A DNA stretch of 25,651 nt from a virus. Taxonomy: Duplodnaviria; Heunggongvirae; Uroviricota; Caudoviricetes. A model generated the notes under the pieces. The model saw only the letters and a program-made list of their open reading frames with translations, did not search any database and was not told the origin of the DNA. How positions within the stretch are numbered: the stretch's first letter is position 1; every line of letters starts with the position of its first letter. The position numbers were made by a program, and so were the translations under genes. Location of the stretch: positions 1-25,651 of IMG/VR virus record IMGVR_UViG_2778261088_000004, one strand, 5' to 3'. This document shows, piece by piece, positions 1 through 7,895 of the stretch.

Positions 1-191
1 GGTAAGCAGAGTTTTTGAAATGTAAGGCCTTTGAATAAGACAAAAGGCTGCCTCATCGCTAACTTTGCAACAGTGCCCCAAATAGTGTTAAAGCGCATAT
101 CTGGAGTTCATTCTGGCAAGATCCGGAAGGTTGGATTTCTCGTTGTGTCACTACTGAGTGCTGGGGTGACCAGGGGTTCTTACGAAAGGTT

Positions 192-425
192 ATGGGCGAT
201 GATACACCAGCATTTCAGGATCTGTATCCAGGATGGTTTGTAAGTTACAAGGCCGATGTTGTGGAACCTGGTTCAAAATATGCGAGCGCGCGTTACTCCA
301 GGGGGAATGGGGCATTACCAAAAGACTGCCGAATAATCTTTTTCCACGGCAAACCGCGACCTCGCGAAGTGTCAGAGGATTGGCTTCCCCTTATCAGCTC
401 ATTTTTTGAGCGAGAATCAGAATAA
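192..425 (+). CDS. Hypothetical small protein (77 aa); weak call
   Basis: ORF from the six-frame track; ends just before the operator/hairpin element at 427-492; no recognisable motif. Confidence 0.25.
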   Translation: MGDDTPAFQDLYPGWFVSYKADVVEPGSKYASARYSRGNGALPKDCRIIFFHGKPRPREVSEDWLPLISSFFERESE

Positions 426-426
426 T

Positions 427-443
427 ATTGCTCTAATAATTCC
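427..443 (+). promoter_or_regulatory. C1 repressor operator-like site (ATTGCTCTAATAATTCC)
   Basis: Matches the asymmetric 17-bp P1 C1 operator consensus ATTGCTCTAATAAATTT as I recall it; one of about nine such sites in the window. Confidence 0.5.
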
Positions 444-451
444 ATATTTTT

Positions 452-479
452 AAAACGTGATGTACACTCATCACGTTTT
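452..479. terminator. Stem-loop (AAAACGTGATG / loop TACACT / CATCACGTTTT) with flanking A/T runs; possible bidirectional terminator
   Basis: Perfect 11-bp inverted repeat with 6-nt loop read directly; A-run on the 5' side and T-run on the 3' side. Confidence 0.4.
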
Positions 480-492
480 TTATTAGAGCAAT
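476..492 (-). promoter_or_regulatory. C1 operator-like site in inverted orientation (reverse complement ATTGCTCTAATAAAAAA)
   Basis: Reverse complement matches the C1 operator consensus; paired with the site at 427-443 across the hairpin. Confidence 0.5.
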
Positions 493-506
493 CTACAAGG
501 TGCACT

Positions 507-725
507 ATGTGGCCATTCCGACGGAAATATCACTACTGGCTGATCGCCTTTGTTACGCCGACCGGCGGTATCAGGCATGTCATCACCAGGTATCGCAACA
601 AGAGACTCACCTTAGCCAGAATTTTACAGGCTGCCATAGGTGAGGGACTGGATACAAATTGCGTAGTCCTTCCTCCTTCATACTTAGGAAAAATGACCGA
701 AGCACAAGCTAATACGGAACTTTGA
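507..725 (+). CDS. Hypothetical small protein (72 aa) directly upstream of the 420-aa gene
   Basis: ORF track; stops 1 nt before the ATG at 727; no motif recognised. Confidence 0.3.
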   Translation: MWPFRRKYHYWLIAFVTPTGGIRHVITRYRNKRLTLARILQAAIGEGLDTNCVVLPPSYLGKMTEAQANTEL

Positions 726-726
726 A

Positions 727-1989
727 ATGAGCACTTCAGCACAAAACCAATCAATCGAAAATGTATCTATCCCTGATGTCCTGAATGCCGGTATCCCGGC
801 CATTATCCAGAACATCCGGGCCGCGCAACGCCGCGTTAGTTGTGATGACCTCACAGCACGTTTTTTTGATAATGCGGTTCAGTCAGCGGAGATGCTTCAC
901 GCACAGCTTATTGATGTTTATAACGCAGAAGCTGATAGCCATAACTCCCTGGTAGATGCAGCTGAAAATATGCAGTTGGATCTCGGTCTGAAGGGTAAAG
1001 AAATTGAAGAGCTTCAGCTGCAAATTGAACATTTGAAACGCCAGCAACAGGACGCGATCGACGATGCGACGCATGACGCCAACCAGCGTGCTGATAATGC
1101 CGAACGTATAAGCATTGAGCTGGAAACAAAACTCAATGAAATGACCGCGATGGTTGAACTGCGGAACTCACAGATTTCAACGCTAAAATCTCAATATAAA
1201 GAGATCATGAAACTTGATCCTTTTAACCTTGAGAAACGCTATAACAAAGCTAAAAGCGAGCGACAGGAACTGCGTAAGCAGGTCGCCGACCTTAACCAAC
1301 AGCTCAAAAAAACTATTAAAGATGCAAGCGAAGCGCGCGTGGCATTTGCTAATAAAAAAGCAGAGGTTACCGCGCTGGTTAATGAGAATGCCAAATTTGC
1401 GACGCTCAAGAAGGAAATGTATGGCATTACTGAGCGCCGTTTCCCTGCAAGCAAACTTCATCCGACGTTAGGGCAAATCTCCTTCTTCCCGCGCCTCCTG
1501 GCTTATGGGATCTCATCGCCTAAAGAGTTCAATAACGAGCGTCCTTATATCGTTTCTAAGCTGGACTTTGCTTATCAGTTCTGCTGCGACATGGGCTATG
1601 CCATTGATATCCGGATCAACGAATGGTTGATGCCAAACTTCCAGCCGTTGGCCATTTTCCGCGAGTTCCAGCCGGAAGGTTGGGTAGAGTTCTTCCATGA
1701 ATTGATCTGTAAAGAGATGGAAAGCCGCCGCCCGGAACTGGTCCGTCGAGTTGAGTGGGCGCAAGAGGTTATGTTGGCAGAGGCAGAGCTGCCGTTCGAA
1801 CCGGAATTTATTGATGATCTGGCAGCTAAAGGGCTGCATACCCTGTTTGATGTGGTTACCCGCCGTCATGAGCAGTTGGTTGTCGAATTGGGTTTAGAGG
1901 AAACAGCGGCAAGAAGACTTCTCGATGTTTGCTATGCACGTAGCGATGCATGGGAAAAAGAGAACGGCGGCACTATTTACGTTCGCTGA
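727..1989 (+). CDS. Hypothetical protein (420 aa), coiled-coil N-terminal half and globular C-terminal half
   Basis: Long ORF; heptad-like E/K/Q/L-rich sequence from roughly residue 60 to 230; followed by a strong intrinsic terminator; C1 operator pair upstream. Confidence 0.7.
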   Translation: MSTSAQNQSIENVSIPDVLNAGIPAIIQNIRAAQRRVSCDDLTARFFDNAVQSAEMLHAQLIDVYNAEADSHNSLVDAAENMQLDLGLKGKEIEELQLQIEHLKRQQQDAIDDATHDANQRADNAERISIELETKLNEMTAMVELRNSQISTLKSQYKEIMKLDPFNLEKRYNKAKSERQELRKQVADLNQQLKKTIKDASEARVAFANKKAEVTALVNENAKFATLKKEMYGITERRFPASKLHPTLGQISFFPRLLAYGISSPKEFNNERPYIVSKLDFAYQFCCDMGYAIDIRINEWLMPNFQPLAIFREFQPEGWVEFFHELICKEMESRRPELVRRVEWAQEVMLAEAELPFEPEFIDDLAAKGLHTLFDVVTRRHEQLVVELGLEETAARRLLDVCYARSDAWEKENGGTIYVR

Positions 1990-2010
1990 CAGTTACAGTG
2001 TCACTTTTAA

Positions 2011-2042
2011 TGCTGGTGGAGTGCGCCCACCAGCATTTTTTT
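2011..2042 (+). terminator. Rho-independent terminator (TGCTGGTGG / loop AGTGCGC / CCACCAGCA + T7)
   Basis: 9-bp GC-rich stem with 7-nt loop followed by a run of 7 T, 22 nt after the stop of the 727-1989 gene. Confidence 0.7.
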
Positions 2043-2061
2043 CGTCCAATGAGGAGGGCAT

Positions 2062-2568
2062 TTGAGTATTTTCAATAAACACGCACACCAGGAACGTCCG
2101 TATATCGTCATAGTTGATATTGATGGAACAATATCAGAGGCAACTGAAGACAGACTGCATTTGCTTCCGCCACCAGGTAAAGGTGCATTAACAAAGGACT
2201 GGAACGAGTTTAATCTCGCCTGTGACACTGATACTCCCATAACTCCAGTTATTGATATTGTGCGCCAGTTATTTAACGTTTACACGGTCTGGTTTGTAAC
2301 CGGGCGCTGTGAGATCGCAAGGGATAAAACACGAGCCTGGCTGCGGAAGTACGTAACAAACGGGGCTGAGCCTTTGCTATCTATGCGTCCTGCCACCGAT
2401 GACAGAAATGACGGCCCAGCAAAGATTGATCTCCTTAAGAAAATTGGTCTAAGTAAAATCGCGTTCGCGCTGGAAGATAAGATTGAAGTGGCGCGTGTTT
2501 TCAGGAGGCACGGCGTGCTTACGTTAATGGTCAGGGAGTATGAAAACGCGCTTCTCCATCAACAATAA
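2062..2568 (+). CDS. HAD-superfamily phosphatase-like protein (168 aa)
   Basis: TTG start 4 nt after GAGGAGG; N-terminal VIVDIDGTI (HAD motif I, DxDG) and FVTGR (motif II); family assignment is by motif only. Confidence 0.55.
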   Translation: MSIFNKHAHQERPYIVIVDIDGTISEATEDRLHLLPPPGKGALTKDWNEFNLACDTDTPITPVIDIVRQLFNVYTVWFVTGRCEIARDKTRAWLRKYVTNGAEPLLSMRPATDDRNDGPAKIDLLKKIGLSKIAFALEDKIEVARVFRRHGVLTLMVREYENALLHQQ

Positions 2569-2584
2569 TTGCTCTAATAAATAT
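2568..2584 (+). promoter_or_regulatory. C1 operator (ATTGCTCTAATAAATAT)
   Basis: Near-perfect match to the C1 operator consensus, overlapping the stop codon of the HAD-like gene and upstream of the long operon starting at 2763. Confidence 0.6.
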
Positions 2585-2666
2585 TGATTTTTAAAACAGA
2601 GAAAGTGAAAATAAAAACATGCCGCAAGGCGCGGCATGTATCCAATCAATCACAGGAGCTGAAAAT

Positions 2667-2753
2667 ATGAACACGGCATTCAAAATCATTATGGCCGCGA
2701 TCTATTTCTGGCTGTTCTCTATCACTTTTGGCGGCATCGTCGCACATGGGTAA
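2667..2753 (+). CDS. Possible 28-aa hydrophobic peptide (MNTAFKIIMAAIYFWLFSITFGGIVAHG)
   Basis: ATG preceded by AGGAG; single predicted transmembrane helix; too short for the ORF track; unverified. Confidence 0.3.
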   Translation: MNTAFKIIMAAIYFWLFSITFGGIVAHG

Positions 2754-2762
2754 GGGGGATGC

Positions 2763-3368
2763 ATGAAAGGCGAAGTGAAAGAGCGCGGCATGATTTTTAA
2801 CGATGAGATGGTCCGGGCAATTCTTGGCGGGAATAAAACACAGACTCGCAGGATTGTTGAAGAAAAATTCTATGGACGGGCAGTGGCCGCAGAGTTGCTT
2901 GCCAAGCATTGTCCATATGGTCAACCGGGCGATCGTATTTGGGTTCGCGAAACCTACCGGGTACATGGCAAAGCGACGGACGTCGCAACGCTGGTTTATC
3001 GCGCAAGCGTGCGTAACTCCTGGACAGAACAAACGCACCGGGTTCCGGTCGAGGTTTGTAATAAACCAGTATCAGAAAAGTGGACGCCATCAATTCACAT
3101 GCCGCGCTGGGCATCGCGCATTCTTCTGGAAATTACCAACGTGCGCGTTGAGCGGTTGAACGATATCAGCGAATGCGATGCAAGGGATGAGGGCGTTCCG
3201 CCTGCTGGAAGTTTGCTTCCTGATCACCCGGGAACATTCCTTACTCCCAAGGGGGATTTCGCAATGGCCAAGGTTGCGTTCCAGCGCCTGTGGGAATCCA
3301 TCTACGGCGAAGAAAGCTGGAGTGCTAATCCCTGGGTTTGGGTAATCGAGTTTGAGCGTATTCAGTAG
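2763..3368 (+). CDS. ASCH-domain-like protein (201 aa)
   Basis: ATG after GGGGGA; N-terminal FNDEMVRAILGGNKTQTRR resembles the ASCH GxKxxxxR signature. Confidence 0.55.
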   Translation: MKGEVKERGMIFNDEMVRAILGGNKTQTRRIVEEKFYGRAVAAELLAKHCPYGQPGDRIWVRETYRVHGKATDVATLVYRASVRNSWTEQTHRVPVEVCNKPVSEKWTPSIHMPRWASRILLEITNVRVERLNDISECDARDEGVPPAGSLLPDHPGTFLTPKGDFAMAKVAFQRLWESIYGEESWSANPWVWVIEFERIQ

Positions 3369-3377
3369 GGCGAGCGT

Positions 3378-3599
3378 ATGCAATCAGTTATTTGTGAGGA
3401 AGTCGGCCTGAATAAAGCATCCCCAGCAGAGTTAAGAGCAAGTCTCGAAATGGCGCATAGCCTTGCTCAAATTGGTGTCAGGTTTGTACCAATTCCAGTT
3501 GAAACAGATGAAGAATTTCACAGGTTAGCGGCATCGGCAGCACAAAAGCTGGAAATCATGGCAGCGAAAGTAGAGAAAGCTGAAGGAGCGACAAAATGA
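3378..3599 (+). CDS. Hypothetical protein (73 aa)
   Basis: ORF track; its stop overlaps the next start (ATGA). Confidence 0.45.
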   Translation: MQSVICEEVGLNKASPAELRASLEMAHSLAQIGVRFVPIPVETDEEFHRLAASAAQKLEIMAAKVEKAEGATK

Positions 3600-3811
3600 G
3601 CAAGCCAACCGACGAAGAAATAGTTCGGGTGTTGGAAGAACACGGGCGCTGTATGACTTACGTCGTGACCAACTGGCTTAGGGATAAATATCGCACACTC
3701 AAAACGGCATACGTTTTGCGTCGTCTAAAGAAACTGGAGTTCGACGGGAAAGTAAAGCGCGTTAACAGTTCTTATATAAGACAAATTTGCTGGGAGGCAT
3801 CCAGTGAATAA
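3596..3811 (+). CDS. Hypothetical small protein (71 aa), possibly DNA-binding
   Basis: ATG overlaps the upstream stop; basic, helix-rich sequence; function is a guess. Confidence 0.45.
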   Translation: MSKPTDEEIVRVLEEHGRCMTYVVTNWLRDKYRTLKTAYVLRRLKKLEFDGKVKRVNSSYIRQICWEASSE

Positions 3812-4448
3812 CCGCTTTTACATGATGTGCTTGCGTGAAACTGTGGGTAATAACGCCTCATTCCATTGCCATAACGGCAATGGTTACAGTTCTGATATCG
3901 ATCGCGCTCATGTTTACACGCTGGAAGCAGCCCAAAAAGCCTGGAATTGTGGACGAGATATCGATCAGCCTGTTTGCGCTGATAGCGTGGATGCAATGGC
4001 TGTGTGGCACGTTGATTGCCAGTACATCCCTACAGAAAGCCTGATTGAGTCAGATTGCACTGCGTATGTGGCCTACAAAAAAGGTAGCTGGAACGGCAAC
4101 GATGTTTACTGGCTTCAACACGGTGGATTGCCAACAGATGACTTCAGTAAAGCGACCATCTTTAGCGTCGCCAACAAAAACGAACCAGGAATAGTTTGGT
4201 TGCCATTTTCCATTGCTGATGCAGCAAAGCGCCGGACGTTCAATATCAATAACTTTAACCGCAGAACAATGGTTCAGGGCGCAGGTTTGGTCATGCCTGA
4301 CTGGTTGAAAAAGCAAAACAGAAGAAAGAAGTCGCGAAGCGGGAAGGTGCGTTGGAATTGTCCGCATTGCGGAAAAATAACCTGGCAGTACAGCCCATAT
4401 GATTTTGAAGGCTGTAGTGATTACAACTGTGAAGGATGGCGAGAATGA
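3804..4448 (+). CDS. Hypothetical protein (214 aa) with C-terminal Cys-rich zinc-ribbon-like motif
   Basis: GTG start after GGGAGG, overlapping the upstream stop; C-terminus NCPHCGKITW...GCSDYNCEGW. Confidence 0.55.
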   Translation: MNNRFYMMCLRETVGNNASFHCHNGNGYSSDIDRAHVYTLEAAQKAWNCGRDIDQPVCADSVDAMAVWHVDCQYIPTESLIESDCTAYVAYKKGSWNGNDVYWLQHGGLPTDDFSKATIFSVANKNEPGIVWLPFSIADAAKRRTFNINNFNRRTMVQGAGLVMPDWLKKQNRRKKSRSGKVRWNCPHCGKITWQYSPYDFEGCSDYNCEGWRE

Positions 4449-5311
4449 CAATTGACTATCAGGTACTGCGTGAGGCGGCAGAAAAGGCAACACCAGACGA
4501 ATGGGTCGCATTTATTTCGACGGATACTGGTACTTATGCGGTGCACACGCCCGGTGATGAACGATGTGAAGACGTTATCAAATGGACCGGCTTTGATGGA
4601 CAGAAAAATGCAGAGAACAACGCTCGTTATGTTGCCGCGTTCAACCCAAAGGTTACACTGGAGCTGCTTGGTGAAATTAAGCGCCTGGAGGACACAAATA
4701 TTGATGCTATGTGTCGAATTGCAGAGCTTGAGACTAATCTCGCGGCGCTGGCAGCGGAGAATGCGGCGCTGAAGGCCGGGGCTATGTATTTCTCATATGG
4801 CTCTGAATTTAGTTTCGAGTGTCACAAAACTGCTGAGGAGGCTATCGCTGCTGCTGAGGCTGCAATTGACGACTATAGAGGCGATGCTTGCGATGGATGG
4901 AGCGAAGAGGTCGAAAGCATTTGCTGGGGGGTAATTATTCAGCAGGCAACCAAGGTCGGTGAACGCAAGAAGAGGAAATGCGACAGAGTATCACCATGGA
5001 TTGAAAGAGTTTGTGATTATGAGCTTCGACCTAATGTCGAAACCCCAGCCACCGATGCTTTCCTGTCTGAAATTCGTGCGGAAGCACGCAACGAGGGGAT
5101 TAACTATACCGCCAGCCGTCTTGCTGCTGCGTTCAATCACGGATTTATCAATAAGTCTTTGCGTGAAGTTTTCGACGTTACACGCATGATTTTGTCAGCG
5201 AAAGAAGAGTTGGCTAATGAAGCGCATCCGATTGATGGCCTGTCTGGTGAATATGCGGAGAAATCCCTTGAAGAATGGGCGGAACAGATTCGCAAAGGAA
5301 GCAGCCAGTGA
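4436..5311 (+). CDS. Phage Ead/Ea22-like protein (291 aa), paralog 1 of 3
   Basis: Shares NYQ/DYQ-x-LREAAE, RIAELE and PATDAFL-x-E-x-RA modules with the next two large ORFs; central coiled coil; family name from memory. Confidence 0.6.
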   Translation: MARMTIDYQVLREAAEKATPDEWVAFISTDTGTYAVHTPGDERCEDVIKWTGFDGQKNAENNARYVAAFNPKVTLELLGEIKRLEDTNIDAMCRIAELETNLAALAAENAALKAGAMYFSYGSEFSFECHKTAEEAIAAAEAAIDDYRGDACDGWSEEVESICWGVIIQQATKVGERKKRKCDRVSPWIERVCDYELRPNVETPATDAFLSEIRAEARNEGINYTASRLAAAFNHGFINKSLREVFDVTRMILSAKEELANEAHPIDGLSGEYAEKSLEEWAEQIRKGSSQ

Positions 5312-5598
5312 ATATCGACACGACAATAACGATCGATACGCTCCTAAATACCGGTCTGGCACTTCTCGGTTGGCTTTACATCATGTCCCGCACATGGCGA
5401 TGGCTGGGTTCCATTTTCCTAAAACAGTGGAAAAAACGGCGCAAACAGGAACTACGCCAGAAGGCATTAGAAGCGTTCTATGACGCATTTGAGCTTAGCC
5501 GCATTGAACCAGGTACAACAGCCAGGATAGCGACAAAAGGCGACCTGATGATAGTGATGTTCCGACAGGAGAGAGCAGAGAAAGGGGAATCAGCATGA
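5308..5598 (+). CDS. Small membrane protein (about 97 aa from GTG start)
   Basis: GTG at 5308 overlaps the upstream TGA (GTGA); hydrophobic segment LLNTGLALLGWLYIM; the track's ATG at 5275 would overlap the upstream gene by 37 nt. Confidence 0.45.
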   Translation: MNIDTTITIDTLLNTGLALLGWLYIMSRTWRWLGSIFLKQWKKRRKQELRQKALEAFYDAFELSRIEPGTTARIATKGDLMIVMFRQERAEKGESA

Positions 5599-6329
5599 AA
5601 TTTTCCAAATTTTCTGAGTTGGTGAATCGTATTTTGTCCAACAACCACAGCCATCGTCGCGATATGGATGTAACAATCGTTGTTCATTCGCCTGGCAGCA
5701 TTGGTTCAACACCTTCAGTTGAGGTTCAGTCAATTCACGCTGGTTTTGATTGGGATTCCGGGAAAGTGCTTATTTTCCCATCACAGCCACTGACCACGCT
5801 AACACCAGAACAGATTACTGATATCACTGATAGTGTGCGCAAAGGTCAGTCTTGGCACGCATATCAGGAATACAAGAAGCATCAAGAGCAGTTGGAAAAA
5901 TTGTCGATTGAACTGGATGCCGCAAAACAGCGCATTGCAGAGCTGGAGGGTAATCGCACGGCGCTGGCAGTGGAGAATGAGCTGGCTCGTAAGGCAGTTC
6001 AGGCATTCTGCGATGTTGTTGGCGACAACACCGAGGTTATCGCTGAGGTGGTTGGGCGAGATGGCGTTCTGGTTATTTTGGAGGCCATGAAGGCAACAGG
6101 AAATATGCCAGCCACCGATGCTTTCCTGGCTGAAGTGCGGGCGCAGGGCGTGGATGCTGCTATAGAAGCTGCAAAAAATCTGGTGGCCCAAGAATATGAG
6201 TATAAGGATTTCAAAGCGGCGCAGAGTGATTGCTGTATGCACCCTGGTTCAGACCTGGTAGGGAAGGTTGAAATGACTGAGTGGTTAGTTGACTTTGCTG
6301 CCCAGCTTCGCAAAGGAGGCAACCAGTGA
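5595..6329 (+). CDS. Phage Ead/Ea22-like protein (244 aa), paralog 2
   Basis: Contains PATDAFLAEVRA and RIAELE modules and the same C-terminal QLRKGGNQ tail type as paralog 1. Confidence 0.6.
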   Translation: MKFSKFSELVNRILSNNHSHRRDMDVTIVVHSPGSIGSTPSVEVQSIHAGFDWDSGKVLIFPSQPLTTLTPEQITDITDSVRKGQSWHAYQEYKKHQEQLEKLSIELDAAKQRIAELEGNRTALAVENELARKAVQAFCDVVGDNTEVIAEVVGRDGVLVILEAMKATGNMPATDAFLAEVRAQGVDAAIEAAKNLVAQEYEYKDFKAAQSDCCMHPGSDLVGKVEMTEWLVDFAAQLRKGGNQ

Positions 6330-6844
6330 GCGAAATTAATTACCAGGCACTGCGTGAGGCGGCGGAACGTGCAATTCCAGCAATGGAACGCCTGTTAATG
6401 TTGCCAGCTGATGATGACTTGTTAAGTGAACAGGAACTTAAAGATTACGGTGTGGATATTGATGCGCTCAACGCCTTCAAATTTCTGACCGGACCAGAAA
6501 CCGTGCTGGCACTGCTGGATGAACGGGAAAGAAACCTGCAATACATCAAAAGCCGCGACCAGGAGAACGAGGATATTGCGCTAACGGTAGGGAAGCTGCG
6601 CGTTGAGCTTGAAGCAGCAAAATCAAAACTCAACGAGCAGCGTGAATATTACGAGGGAGTAATCGCGGATGGAAGTAAGCGCATAGCAGAACTGGAGGAG
6701 CGGGAAATACTGCTCCCGGAACGTAGCAGCATGCTTCATCGAACAGATTTTCACGATGATTACCAAACGGTAATGGCATACAAAGTTTCTGAAGTCATCG
6801 CTGCAATCCGCGCCGCTGGCATTCGCATCAAAGGAGGTGAGTAA
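6326..6844 (+). CDS. Phage Ead/Ea22-like protein (172 aa), paralog 3
   Basis: GTG start overlapping the upstream stop (GTGA); N-terminal NYQALREAAERAIP matches paralog 1; RIAELEE module. Confidence 0.55.
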   Translation: MSEINYQALREAAERAIPAMERLLMLPADDDLLSEQELKDYGVDIDALNAFKFLTGPETVLALLDERERNLQYIKSRDQENEDIALTVGKLRVELEAAKSKLNEQREYYEGVIADGSKRIAELEEREILLPERSSMLHRTDFHDDYQTVMAYKVSEVIAAIRAAGIRIKGGE

Positions 6845-7016
6845 TGCGTGTGGCATGTATCGGCTTGTTACCGTACCCGACTCGTTTTTGGGCTTCTGCG
6901 CTAATTGCAAAGCCACATGTCCTGATGGCTGACAACATAATCCCGGCACCAAAGCGCCGCCATACCGGTATTGCAGCGGCACGACGAGCAGCAAAGAGAC
7001 GCAGGAGAGCAAAGCG

Positions 7017-7193
7017 ATGAAAAACCGTAAGGCAAAACGACTTTTTTTACAGCGACCTGTGCGTGTGGTGGAGCTGGTTATTAGCAACCATAAGATAGCG
7101 GTACTCCATCCATTTGGTCAGGTGGCTTTTGCCGCGAAGCGTAAGCCTACTGCGTCACAGAACAGGCGGAAGAAAGGGTACGCAGTAAGATGA
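7017..7193 (+). CDS. Small basic protein (58 aa, MKNRKAKRLFLQRP...)
   Basis: ATG after AGGAGAGC; not in the ORF track (under 60 aa); its TGA overlaps the ATG of the next small ORF, which starts with the same MKNRKAK. Confidence 0.35.
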   Translation: MKNRKAKRLFLQRPVRVVELVISNHKIAVLHPFGQVAFAAKRKPTASQNRRKKGYAVR

Positions 7194-7378
7194 AAAACCG
7201 TAAAGCAAAGATTCTGTTAGTTCGTAGAAACGCTCCTGGCGTCTGGCAGTGGGTGAGACTCAGCAACCGACGGATGGGGTTGATGAAATATTACGGGATG
7301 ATGGATTGTGGTTTTTGCAAAAAGCCCAGCGCGGCGCAAAACCGCTGGAAAAACCATTTGCGCACTAAAGGAGAGTGA
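7190..7378 (+). CDS. Small basic Cys-containing protein (62 aa, MKNRKAKILLVRR...)
   Basis: ORF track; N-terminus duplicated from the upstream small ORF. Confidence 0.4.
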   Translation: MKNRKAKILLVRRNAPGVWQWVRLSNRRMGLMKYYGMMDCGFCKKPSAAQNRWKNHLRTKGE

Positions 7379-7380
7379 TA

Positions 7381-7895
7381 TGGCGTTAACACACCGCGAA
7401 CTCTGTCAGATTGCGTACAAGTTCCTTAAGCGCAACGGGTTCAAGGTTTGTTTTCATGACCGCTTTATAGCTGTAACCAGTACCGGAGAACAGCCAGATG
7501 CTATGGGGTTCAGAAATTCAGCATCATGCCTGATAGAGGCGAAGTGTTCTCGTGCTGATTTGTTGGCAGATAGAAAAAAGCGTTTTCGTAAAAATCCGTC
7601 TCTTGGAATGGGCGACTGGCGATTCTTTATTAGTGAGCCGGGAATTATTTCAATTGAGGATTTACCACCTGGCTGGGGATTACTTCACGTTGTTAACGGA
7701 AGAGTACGGAAAGTACATGGGTGGCCCAAGGGTAATTGCTGTTGGGGTAACCCTGAAGATAAACCTTTTATTGGGAATAAGCAGGTTGAATGCGATTACA
7801 TGTTATCTGCATTAAGGCGCATGGAGTTGAGAGGGCACCTTAATGAAATATATGACGGTGTAATTGTTAATAAGAAAGAAGGAAACGCGGCATGA
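7381..7895 (+). CDS. Putative PD-(D/E)xK-fold nuclease (171 aa)
   Basis: ATG at 7381 after AAAGGAGAG (the track start at 7308 lacks a ribosome-binding site); motif GEQPDAMGF followed 14 residues later by CLIEAKCSR. Confidence 0.55.

Noticed and set aside
1513-1869. 118-aa minus-strand ORF inside the 727-1989 gene (the same reasoning applies to 2646-3038, 5799-6242, 8511-8951, 17977-18541 and 22447-22941)
   Set aside because: All are fully embedded antisense to longer, coupled, motif-bearing plus-strand genes; no independent start signals.
6623-7087. 154-aa minus-strand ORF in the ORF track
   Set aside because: Antisense to the well-supported 6326-6844 gene and to the plus-strand small ORFs; no ribosome-binding site; low-complexity composition. 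Treated as a spurious frame.
7148-7187. 8-bp inverted repeat (TACTGCGT ... ACGCAGTA) before the second MKNRKAK ORF
   Set aside because: Short stem with a 24-nt loop lying inside the first small ORF; not distinctive enough to call a regulatory element.
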